This document shows positions 31,591-41,100 of a stretch of 64,000 nt of DNA, piece after piece. The DNA is taken from positions 5,472,001-5,536,000 of the forward strand of contig CAVUSO010000001.1 of NCBI GenBank assembly GCA_963744145.1, in the 5' to 3' direction. Position numbers and translations under genes: made by a program. Origin of the DNA: an uncultured cyanobacterium. GTDB lineage: Bacteria; Cyanobacteriota; Cyanobacteriia; Cyanobacteriales; CAWUOF01. Below the pieces are notes generated by a model that worked only from the letters and a program-made list of their open reading frames with translations, ran no database searches and had not been told where the DNA came from. Position 1 is the first letter of the stretch, and every line of letters starts with the position of its first letter.

Positions 31591-33009
31591 CTAGAAAATC
31601 TGAATATCACTACCAGCCAAATTTCCTCCTGCTAATTGCAGAAAAATTCCACCTTTAAAAGCAACTAAACCAGAGGTCGGATCAAAAAGAATTTGTCCAT
31701 TATTAAGTGAAGTGCCAGAAAAATTACCATTTGCTGGTAAAGCTCCAGGACTACTAATGAACGTATAAGTGCTATTTGCTAAGAAATCAGAAGATAGATC
31801 AATGCGAGAGACTCCAGTTTGGAAACCGGTAATTGTATCAGCCTTAGCTGAGGTCTGTCCAGCACCGATAAATGTCGATGTCGTACCACCAAAGAGAAAT
31901 GTATCAGCCCCATTACCACCAACTAACAGATTACCAGAACCGCGCGGTGCTAACAGATCATTTCCATCACCACCATTTAAAGTTTCTGCACCACTACCAC
32001 CATAAAGTACATCATTACCAGCATCTCCCAACAGGAGAGCTTTTGTATTTATTGCTGTGGCGTTAATGGTATCATCTCCATCACCACCATCGGCAAAAGT
32101 ACCTGATAGCATGACAATATTATCATTCCCAGCATCACCAAAAAATGCTGACGCTGTACCCCAGAGGTAGTCGTTACCTTGTCCTCCATACAAAAAGGCT
32201 CCTGAACCTTGACCGATTAAAGTATCATTACCTTTGTTACCATATAAAGCACCTGCACCAACTAAACAGTCATCACCATCACCACCGTATAGTTGAGCCC
32301 CTGTACCAATAGCAATTAGGGTATCATTACCTAAATCTCCTGATAAAAAGCCATTACCACTACTAAACAAATAATCATCACCTAAACCACCCCAAAGGCT
32401 ATCATTGGCACTACCATAAATAACATCGTTACCTTGGTTGCCATATAAGAAGCCATTACCATCACCCATTAAGGTATCATTACCAATTCCACCTAGCATT
32501 GTGACACTATATGTAGTACCACCTTGAGCTATTAATAAATCGTCACCTAAATCTCCAGATAGAAAAACGTTCCCCGCAGCACCACCCATGATACAATCAT
32601 TGCCTTGACCGCCATAAGCTAGATCTCCATTGCCATTAGCGGTGATGGTATCATTACCAGTATTACCATAAATAACATTTGCGCCTTGTCCGGATATGAT
32701 CAAGTCGTTACCAGGTCCACCGATGAGAGTATCAGTGCTAAATCCGACCAGAGTATCGTCACCCAAATCTCCAGATAAATAATCATTTCCTCCTGTGATC
32801 GATACTTGGAGATAGTCATTACCTTGTCCACCAAATAAAGAATCTCGATGACCTCTCGCAATCAGTGTATCATCCCCTTGATTACCATATAATTTACTAC
32901 CACCAGCAGGATTAGTGGCGACGAAATCATTTCCACCTAGTGCTATGATAGTATCGACTTTAGGGAAAAAACTGATTACGTCATCGCTGTTACTAAGGAA
33001 AGTAGTCAT
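31591..33009 (-). CDS. RTX/hemolysin-type Ca-binding Gly-rich repeat protein
   Basis: Many GxxGxD-x-L nonapeptides; C-terminal DTITGF...IDLS; AGGAG SD before the ATG at 33009. Confidence 0.9.
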   Translation of the reverse strand: MTTFLSNSDDVISFFPKVDTIIALGGNDFVATNPAGGSKLYGNQGDDTLIARGHRDSLFGGQGNDYLQVSITGGNDYLSGDLGDDTLVGFSTDTLIGGPGNDLIISGQGANVIYGNTGNDTITANGNGDLAYGGQGNDCIMGGAAGNVFLSGDLGDDLLIAQGGTTYSVTMLGGIGNDTLMGDGNGFLYGNQGNDVIYGSANDSLWGGLGDDYLFSSGNGFLSGDLGNDTLIAIGTGAQLYGGDGDDCLVGAGALYGNKGNDTLIGQGSGAFLYGGQGNDYLWGTASAFFGDAGNDNIVMLSGTFADGGDGDDTINATAINTKALLLGDAGNDVLYGGSGAETLNGGDGNDLLAPRGSGNLLVGGNGADTFLFGGTTSTFIGAGQTSAKADTITGFQTGVSRIDLSSDFLANSTYTFISSPGALPANGNFSGTSLNNGQILFDPTSGLVAFKGGIFLQLAGGNLAGSDIQIF

Positions 33010-33156
33010 TGTTTGCTCCTTGCTACGCAACCAGCGTAGTTGAATGTTGACAATTGAGCTGAATGGTTAGAAATGGTTGATCATTAAAAAAAATTAATTT
33101 ATCTGTTAAATAAACTTTGATTTTAATTAATTCTTTAATTATTCTTAAATTTTGAT

Positions 33157-34098
33157 TTATCTAACAGATTGTGTTTCTGCATAAGCCGCATAAACTCCTT
33201 GTACATTATACCAATTTAGAAAAATCCGAGCAAGCTCCAAGGCTAATTGTGATTTACCTTGACTAATCAACCATTGTAAAAATGGTGCCATTGTCCGTTC
33301 GTTTATTCTACCTCCTAGGGATAAAATTCCCCATAAGATCCGATGGAATTGGGTCATTTGAATCATCATTCGCACTTCCCAAGTAGGATGTTTTTGATAA
33401 AATAATACCCCCATTCGTCCCCGTTGAATTTCTTTTTCAATCAGACCGGGAATTTGAGTTAAAGTAAAAGGTGGGTGCCAATGATAACCTACTGCTGCTG
33501 GACATTTAATTAATTTTAATCCTAGTTGTTTAAGTCTCACTCCTAGTTCTAAGTCTTCCCAACCATAGAGTTGAAACTGTGGATCGAAAAGTCCAGCTTG
33601 TTCTAACCAGTGACGCGCGATCGCGACGTTTCCAGTCGCAAAATAAGCAGCAGAAAAATCAGTGATTTTATAGGGTTCAGCAGTGGGATTGTCAAAGTTA
33701 CAGGTATTAATTACTGCTCCATAGGTAAAAACCCGATCGCTCCCTAATTTTTTCTTTCCTTGAATTAAAGCATCCCCATGGGCTTGAAGAAAGTTTTCTG
33801 TAACTACTAAATCACTATCAATAAAAATAATTGTATCTCCAATTGCCTGTTCTATTCCTAAATTTCGAGCTATTGCTGGTCCTTGATGTGCTTGAGATAG
33901 CGATCGCAACTGGGGAAACCTGAGTGCATATTCCTGTAACCACTCCACTGTTCCATCTGTAGATCCATCATCTACTACCACCACTTCATATCCAGATACG
34001 GGAGTATCATTGGTAAATAGCTGTCTTGCTAATCCTCCTAAACACTTTTCCAGAATCCCGCGACGATTATAAGTGGGAATAACTATACTAAAAAACAC
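33157..34098 (-). CDS. GT2 family glycosyltransferase
   Basis: IPTYNR, VVDDGSTD, FIDSD and YGWEDLE; GGAGG SD before the GTG at 34098. Confidence 0.92.
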   Translation of the reverse strand: MFFSIVIPTYNRRGILEKCLGGLARQLFTNDTPVSGYEVVVVDDGSTDGTVEWLQEYALRFPQLRSLSQAHQGPAIARNLGIEQAIGDTIIFIDSDLVVTENFLQAHGDALIQGKKKLGSDRVFTYGAVINTCNFDNPTAEPYKITDFSAAYFATGNVAIARHWLEQAGLFDPQFQLYGWEDLELGVRLKQLGLKLIKCPAAVGYHWHPPFTLTQIPGLIEKEIQRGRMGVLFYQKHPTWEVRMMIQMTQFHRILWGILSLGGRINERTMAPFLQWLISQGKSQLALELARIFLNWYNVQGVYAAYAETQSVR

Positions 34099-34219
34099 AG
34101 TACCTCCGCTATAGATATTTTTCAACCCTTTGATTTTAGGTCAAGAATGGGTAAAGTTTAGTAATCAGTGATTTTGATTGCTAGGATTTAGTCAGGGAAG
34201 CATCAGCATGACCAAAGAG

Positions 34220-34244
34220 AGAGACGTTCCAGCGGAACGTCTCT
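34220..34244. repeat. Short palindrome AGAGACGTTCC-AGC-GGAACGTCTCT
   Basis: Perfect 11-bp stem downstream of the Uma2 gene. Confidence 0.6.
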
Positions 34245-34268
34245 AGGATGGTGCATCGAAATGAATTG

Positions 34269-35084
34269 TTAGATGGGCAAATTATTGGGATCGATACCCT
34301 GTGATTTCAAATAAGTTATTAGCTTTTCTTTTTCTTGACGTTCCTGTTCCTTTTCTTGACGTTCCTGTTCCGCACGTTGACGTTCCTGTTCCGCACGTTG
34401 ACGTTCCTGTTCCGCACGTTGACGTTCCTGTTCAATTTTTTCTACAGCCCAAGGTAACAAATTCCCAGCCCGATCCCACCATCGTAACCAATACCCTCTT
34501 CTTCCTTCTTTTATTCCTTTCCAAGTTCCTAAAAATAGTCCCATTACCTCCAACCAATGACGACCATTTTCATCAGGTTGTTTTAGCTCATAGCGCCCAT
34601 TTTCCAGTTGATAATATTCTAATAAACCTCCATCTGGGTCAAAAATTATGTAAAGGGGAACTTGCAATATTTGTTCGTAAAAAAACCATCTTCCCGGTGG
34701 ATAGGTGCGTTTCACTGAATATTCTCCACCTTCTTGATCTGATAAAAATTCCATGACTATCGCTGGTACTTCCCCTTCTAAATGGGGTGTATAGCTTTGA
34801 CGTTCTGCTAAAATCTCTTTTACTGAAGCGATATATACCCAATCTGGGGCTTTGAGTACCAATTGCCCGTTTAATGTGGCACATAGACCAAAGTTGGAAG
34901 CGATTAACATCTGTGGTTGAATCAACCCACTGATTTCTAAACTTTCCCGTAAAGCTCCAGCTAAAAGTGGTTGTCCTGTATTGTCCACTGGTTCATCCTC
35001 TAACTGAAAACCATCAGGTAAGGTTTCCCAAGAAATGACCAGTCCTGTGCTGGGTGATTTGGTTTCATTGAGTAGGGTTGCCAT
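34269..35084 (-). CDS. Uma2 family protein with a C-terminal EQERQRA coiled-coil repeat
   Basis: KAPDW, VMEFLS and WLRWWD; 21-bp tandem repeat at about 34336-34432. Confidence 0.88.
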   Translation of the reverse strand: MATLLNETKSPSTGLVISWETLPDGFQLEDEPVDNTGQPLLAGALRESLEISGLIQPQMLIASNFGLCATLNGQLVLKAPDWVYIASVKEILAERQSYTPHLEGEVPAIVMEFLSDQEGGEYSVKRTYPPGRWFFYEQILQVPLYIIFDPDGGLLEYYQLENGRYELKQPDENGRHWLEVMGLFLGTWKGIKEGRRGYWLRWWDRAGNLLPWAVEKIEQERQRAEQERQRAEQERQRAEQERQEKEQERQEKEKLITYLKSQGIDPNNLPI

Positions 35085-35130
35085 AAACGCTACCTTTGGT
35101 TAGATTTGTTTTGATCTTATCAAAATAGAT

Positions 35131-36714
35131 TAAGTAGTCGGACAAAAGTAATAGGTACTGTATTAACTTTTGTAAAACGTATGGGTCAAGCAATAAGCTG
35201 GACAAAGTCATCGAAAAATTAGTCCAATCTGGGGAAGATTGGCCAAAGAAGTGGCTGGACAATGGGAGCAAAAAATTAGACTTATTTTGGTAATTAAGGG
35301 GATAAGTGAGGTCGATTTTAGCTTCAAAAAAAACACCCTGATTGTGAAATAATTATAGAGCTAACTTAAAAGTTTGAAGAAAATGTCATCTCCTCCTTTG
35401 AGAATATTTTTAACATCTGCGGAAAATCAAACCTTATGGGAATTAAATAGAGCCGAGGGAGTTCCACTAAGAACAAGAGATTGGGCTGCTGACTTGAGAT
35501 TATCATCAATGGGATGGAAAGTGGAACAGATCGGCAAGTATCTGAACTGGTCAATTAAGACAGTGAGAGCCACAATACATCGTTGGGAAAAACAGGGATT
35601 AGCAGGATTATGGGATGCGCCTCGTCCGGGCAGGAAAAGAAAATGGAGTCAGGCAGATTTGGCAGAAATTGAAAAAAAACTAGAGACAGAGGAACGAGCT
35701 TATAATAGTCGTCAGTTAGTGAAATATCTAGCCCAGGAAAGGCAAGTAAAACTGAGCCAAAGACAGTTGCGTCGAATCCTCAAAAAAAACTATCGGTGGA
35801 AAAGAACGAGAACATCTCTAAAAGGAAAGCAAGACCAGGAAAAAAGAGCAACTAAAAGAAATGATTTAGAGATGTTGGAATTCGCGGCAGCCGCGGGTGA
35901 AATATGTTTAAAATATTTGGATGAATCAGGATTTAGCCTGTGGGCTGAACCTGTATATACCTGGGGGAAAATCGGCCAACAGAAACAGATCAAACAGCCT
36001 AAAAAGAAAGGGAAAAGATTAAATATATGTGGATTTTTGGCCGTGGGAGAAAGCTTTGAATATGGATTAAGTTTTAAGAGTTTTGACAGTAAGAATTATA
36101 TCAAATTAATGGATTGGCAAGCCGCGCAAGCGGAAACTAGATTGAAAGAAACGGGCAAAATAACTGTAATTGTCCAAGACCAATATTCCGTTCACGTAAG
36201 TAAATTGACGAAGAGCAACTATGATCAATGGGAAAAACAAGGATTATATATATTCCTATTATCCAGTTACTCTCCCGAATTAAATCTGATTGAAACGGAG
36301 TGGGAAAGAATCAAAGAAGATGAATTAGCTGGTCAAATGTTTGAGAATGAATATGAATTAACCATCGCGGTAAGAGCAGCAATCGAAGCTCGTCAAACTA
36401 GTAAGGGCTTAGAAGTAAAAAGATTTAGATTTGGTGGTCAGCCTAGCCAGGATGAACAAAAATCCTAATCGGGTTTATTCTAGTTCTAGTCAACCGGAAA
36501 AATTCCATTAATTGTTTAATGAGAGGCTGAGGCAAAACTGACCATATTTATAGTTAATAGAAAATCTGGAAATGCAGTTTTCTTACTCTCTAGTGAAACC
36601 TATTCAGTTGGACGGAGGGAATACTTTTATATGCTTTTCTCTGGTAAATTTGTGGGTCAAATTTACTCTTAAATAAAGTTAACATAGTTAACTTTATTTA
36701 TGTCCGACTACTTA
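35131..36714 (+). mobile_element. IS630-family insertion sequence, copy 1 (1,584 bp including both TA)
   Basis: Ends TA-AGTAGTCGGACA ... TGTCCGACTACT-TA; DDE transposase inside; near-identical copy at 44021-45604. Confidence 0.95.
35383..36468 (+). CDS. IS630 family transposase
   Basis: HTH N-terminus (GL..L.D.PR.GR); DDE residues in YLDESGF, VQDQYSVH and YSPELNLIE. Confidence 0.95.
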   Translation: MSSPPLRIFLTSAENQTLWELNRAEGVPLRTRDWAADLRLSSMGWKVEQIGKYLNWSIKTVRATIHRWEKQGLAGLWDAPRPGRKRKWSQADLAEIEKKLETEERAYNSRQLVKYLAQERQVKLSQRQLRRILKKNYRWKRTRTSLKGKQDQEKRATKRNDLEMLEFAAAAGEICLKYLDESGFSLWAEPVYTWGKIGQQKQIKQPKKKGKRLNICGFLAVGESFEYGLSFKSFDSKNYIKLMDWQAAQAETRLKETGKITVIVQDQYSVHVSKLTKSNYDQWEKQGLYIFLLSSYSPELNLIETEWERIKEDELAGQMFENEYELTIAVRAAIEARQTSKGLEVKRFRFGGQPSQDEQKS

Positions 36715-36760
36715 GGTTTTTGATAAAATTTTAAAGCATAAGCAATGGAAAGTAGTAACT

Positions 36761-38104
36761 ATGGATTTGCAAGGCTTTTTTAAAGCAATAAACCCAACTA
36801 AGACCCTGAAAGTTGAAAATGCTGAGGATCGAAAATATTATATTGACTTTTCCTCAGTGCGAGGTGGTCAGATTATTGAGGAACTTAAGGATCATATTAT
36901 CTTGTTTAGTCCGGATGAACCTACTTGTACTTTATTTACTGGTCATATTGGTTGTGGGAAGTCTACAGAATTATTTTGCTTAAAAGCTGAGTTGGAACAA
37001 GATGGTTTTCATGTTGTGTATTTTGAATCGAGTGAAGATTTGGAATTGACTGATGTGGATATTAGTGATATTTTACTCGCGATCGCACGTCGGATTAGTC
37101 AAAGTTTAGAGAATTTAGAAATTGCCGAACCTAAAAAGTTTAAAGAGTTACTACAAGGTGCTGTTAATGTTTTAAATTCCCAAGTTACGGGAGTTAAGTT
37201 TAAGTTTATGGGTAATGAATTGGGGGTAACTTCCGATCAAGATAAATTTACCCTGGCTTTGGGAATTGGTGAAATTACTACTAAAACAAAAAGTGATCCT
37301 AATCTTCGGGAAAAGCTTAATCAATATTTAGCACCCCAAAAAACTCAACTATTAGATGCTATTAATCGAGAATTGATCGAACCAGCGATCGCGAAGTTAA
37401 AACAATTAGGTAAAAAAGGATTAGTGGTAATTGTCGATAATCTAGATCGTTTAGATAATCGTCAAAAACCCTGGGGGCGATCGCAACCAGAATATCTATT
37501 TGTAGATCAAGGAGAATATTTAACTAAACTGCATTGTCATCTTGTTTATACCATGCCGTTAGCCCTAAAATTCTCCAATGATTATGGTAATCTTACCCAA
37601 AGATTTCTTCAAGAACCGAAAGTGTTACCGATGGTGACGGTAAAATTAAAAGATGGTGGTGAATGTGAAGAAGGGATTATGTTACTCAAAAAAATGGTGA
37701 TGGCACGAGTATTTCCCGATCGCCAGGAGTCGGAACGTTTTGAAGCTATTACTGAAGTTTTTGAGGATATAGAAAGCTTAAATCGTCTTTGTTATATGAG
37801 TGGGGGTCATGTTCGAGATTTGTTAAGATTATTGACTGATTGGCTGACAAAAGGAAAAAAATTTCCCCTCTCTCGGAAAACTTTAGAAGAATTAATTCGT
37901 CAGCGTTATAATAATATGATTATGCCAATTTCTGATCAAGAGTGGGATTTGTTGCGACAAGTTAAGCAACGTCAGCGAGTTACTGATGATGATGGATATC
38001 AAAAATTGATTCGGAGTCGGTTTGTATTTGAATATCATTATGATGAGGAGATTTGGTTTGATCTTAATCCTATTTTAGCTGAAGCTAAGGAATTGCAGCT
38101 ATGA
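36761..38104 (+). CDS. P-loop ATPase (AAA+/STAND-like), partner of the downstream giant protein
   Basis: Walker A GHIGCGKS, Walker B VVIVDNLD, SGGHVRDLLRL; stop overlaps the next ATG (ATGA at 38101-38104). Confidence 0.88.
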   Translation: MDLQGFFKAINPTKTLKVENAEDRKYYIDFSSVRGGQIIEELKDHIILFSPDEPTCTLFTGHIGCGKSTELFCLKAELEQDGFHVVYFESSEDLELTDVDISDILLAIARRISQSLENLEIAEPKKFKELLQGAVNVLNSQVTGVKFKFMGNELGVTSDQDKFTLALGIGEITTKTKSDPNLREKLNQYLAPQKTQLLDAINRELIEPAIAKLKQLGKKGLVVIVDNLDRLDNRQKPWGRSQPEYLFVDQGEYLTKLHCHLVYTMPLALKFSNDYGNLTQRFLQEPKVLPMVTVKLKDGGECEEGIMLLKKMVMARVFPDRQESERFEAITEVFEDIESLNRLCYMSGGHVRDLLRLLTDWLTKGKKFPLSRKTLEELIRQRYNNMIMPISDQEWDLLRQVKQRQRVTDDDGYQKLIRSRFVFEYHYDEEIWFDLNPILAEAKELQL

Positions 38105-41100
38105 CTGAAGATATCTCTAGCGAAAATCAGAATGTTTTAGAGGATATATCCTGGACAATTACTGTTTCTCAGGGTGAGTTTAGGTTACTCTTAATTCGTT
38201 GTAATTATCTGAGTTTACGTGATGAGTTATCTCAGCAATTACAACAAGTTTGTCCGCTGGAAATTCAGGTTCTAAATCTCAAAGCATCTGAACAAACTCT
38301 CTATAATAGGATTCAGCTAGAATTAGGGACAACCCAGCCAAATGCACTGATGGTTTTTGGCTTAGAAATGGTTGATAATTTGGAGCATTTGTTGTCTGCT
38401 GCTAATCAAGTCAGGGAAGAATTTCAGAAAAATTTTCATTTTCCCTTATTATTATGGGTTAATGATGAAGTCTTTATCCAATTAGTTAGGGTTGCACCGG
38501 ATTTTGAAAGTTGGGCAAATACTACTGAGTTGCTGATTAGTCAGGAGCAATTAGGAAATTTGCTGAAAGACAGAGCTACAGAATGGTTTAACGATCGGTT
38601 AATTATAACTCAGAGTGAAAGTTTAGAGTTACAAGCGGAATTGACCTCGGCTTATCGGGATTTACAGAGATATAATGAAGTTTTAGATCAGGAATTAGTA
38701 GCAAATTTAGAGTCTTTGCTTGGTAGTGTTAAATTTATTAATAATAAAATAGATGAAGCTTTAGCACATTATCAAAAAGCTGCGGATATTTGGCGGGAAA
38801 TTAATCAATTAGATCGATTAGGAATAGTGCTGAGAGAGATGACACTTTGCTATTATCAAAAAGCTCTTCCTGATCGTGATATAGAAGATGCTCATTGGCA
38901 GCTAACTAAGAATTATCTTCTGCAATCTATTGAAATTTTACAAGCCGCTAATCGTTTAGATTTAATTGCTAATTGCTTGTTAAATTTTGGGATAATTTTA
39001 CGGCGATTAAAAGATTGGCAATTATTGGAAAGTTTGGCAAGGCAATCTTTGCAGTTGCACCAAGATAAAACTAAATCTCTGCAATTAGCACAGGATTATG
39101 GTTTTTTAGCTGAAGTAGCTTTAGCTCGTCAAGATTGGTTAGAAGCAAAAAAATTAGCTGAAAATACTATTACGTTATTAAACTCAATTACAGATGAGAA
39201 TAGTTCTGATTTAATTCGATCTTATTTGGTTAGTCAATGTTACTTTATTTTAGCACAGGTACAACAAAATTTAGGTGAAACTGCAATAGCTATTGCAAAA
39301 TTGGAAAAAGCTAAAAAAATCAGTAGTCCTGAATATGATACTCAATTTTATCTCGAAATCATCAATTATTTACAAAAACTTTATTTTGAACAACACCAAT
39401 ATCAATTAGCTTTTGAAATTAAATTAGAACGGCAATCGATTGAGCAACAATATGGATTGCGAGCGTTTATTGGTGCAGGAAGACTTCAAGCTCAAAAGCA
39501 AGCAAAATTAACTATTACTCAAGATAAAAGTGTTGAAAATGTAGCTTCGGAAATAGTTGCTTCTGGGCGGGATTTGGATGTAAATAAGTTAATTCAGCGG
39601 ATTGGTGAACCTAGTTATAAGCTAATTGTAATTCATGGACAATCCGGTGTGGGGAAGAGTTCTCTGGTAAATGGTGGTTTGATTCCAGCATTGAAGCGGA
39701 AAAGTATTGGTATTCAGGATGTTTTATCTATAGCAATGCGGGTTTATACTGATTGGATTAGAGAATTAGGACGGTTATTGGGAGAAGCTTTATTAGCAAG
39801 AAAAATTGTTGATGAGAAAATTTTGAGTTTGACTTCTCGAGATATATCTGAAGAGGATATTTTAACCATAATTATTGAACAGTTACAGAAAAGTGAGTCA
39901 TATAATCTGCGACCAGTATTGATTTTTGACCAGTTTGAAGAGTTCTTTTTTGTCTATTCTAATCCTGTTGACAGAATCGCATTTTCCCAATTTTTGGGAA
40001 ATTGTCTCAAGATTGGTTATGTCAAGGTAATTTTATCCCTTCGCGAAGATTATTTGCACTATTTGCTGGAATGGGAAAATCAGGATAGTATGAATAGCAT
40101 TGGTAATGATATTCTTTGCAAAAATATTCGCTATCATTTAGGAAATTTTTCACCTGATGCAGCTACAACAATTATTCGGAATTTAACGGAGAGAGCAAAT
40201 TTTAAGTTAGATGAAGTATTAATTAAGGAATTGGTAAAGGATTTAGCCGGAGAATTAGGTGAAGTGCGCCCAATTGAATTGCAAATAGTGGGAGCGCAAC
40301 TGCAAACAGAAAATATTACTACTTTGGCTCAATATCAAAATTGTGGTGAAAATGCAACGGAAGAATTAGTGAAACGCTATTTAGCAGAAGTAGTAAATGA
40401 CTGCGGTAAGGAAAATGAGCAAATTGCTGAGTTGGTACTATTTTTATTAACAGATGAAAAAATAAATCGACCTCTAAAAACTCGCACTGAATTAGATAGA
40501 GATGTGCAAGCATTGGCAACAAATTTAAGTTTAGATATTAATGGATTAGATTTAGTATTAAATATTTTTGTTGGTTCTGGGTTGGTTTTACTTTTACCGG
40601 AAAAGCCAGAAGATCGCTATCAGTTAGTGCATGATTATTTAGCAGCATTTATTCGTCAGCAAAAACCGAAGTTAAATGAGATAATTGCAGAACTAGAAAA
40701 GGAAAAAGAGAAAAATCGAATTGCCCAGGAAAAACTGCAACAATCTGAAGAAACAAAAAAAATCTTGGAAACAGCGAATAAAACTGCTAAACAACGGATT
40801 AAAATCGGTTCTGCTTTCTTAGGAATATCATTATTAGTGGCAGTAGGAACGGGAATATATGCTACTCAAAACCTTAGAGAAACAAAGGAAATTGGAAGAT
40901 TAGAACTAGAAGGGGTGAGTATTTTGAGACAATTTGAATCTGGGCAATCCGACTCTGACCAAATGGAAACATTGGTGTCAGCAATGCGGGCTGGACAAGA
41001 TTTGAAATCCCTAGTGAAAAATCGTCCTCTGAAAGAATATCCTATCGTTAGTCCGCTTTTAGCTTTAGAGACGATTCTAGATAATATTCGGGAAAAAAGT

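Noticed and set aside
34301..34756. ORF with DVPVPHV repeats
   Set aside because: Antisense reading of the Uma2 EQERQRA repeat
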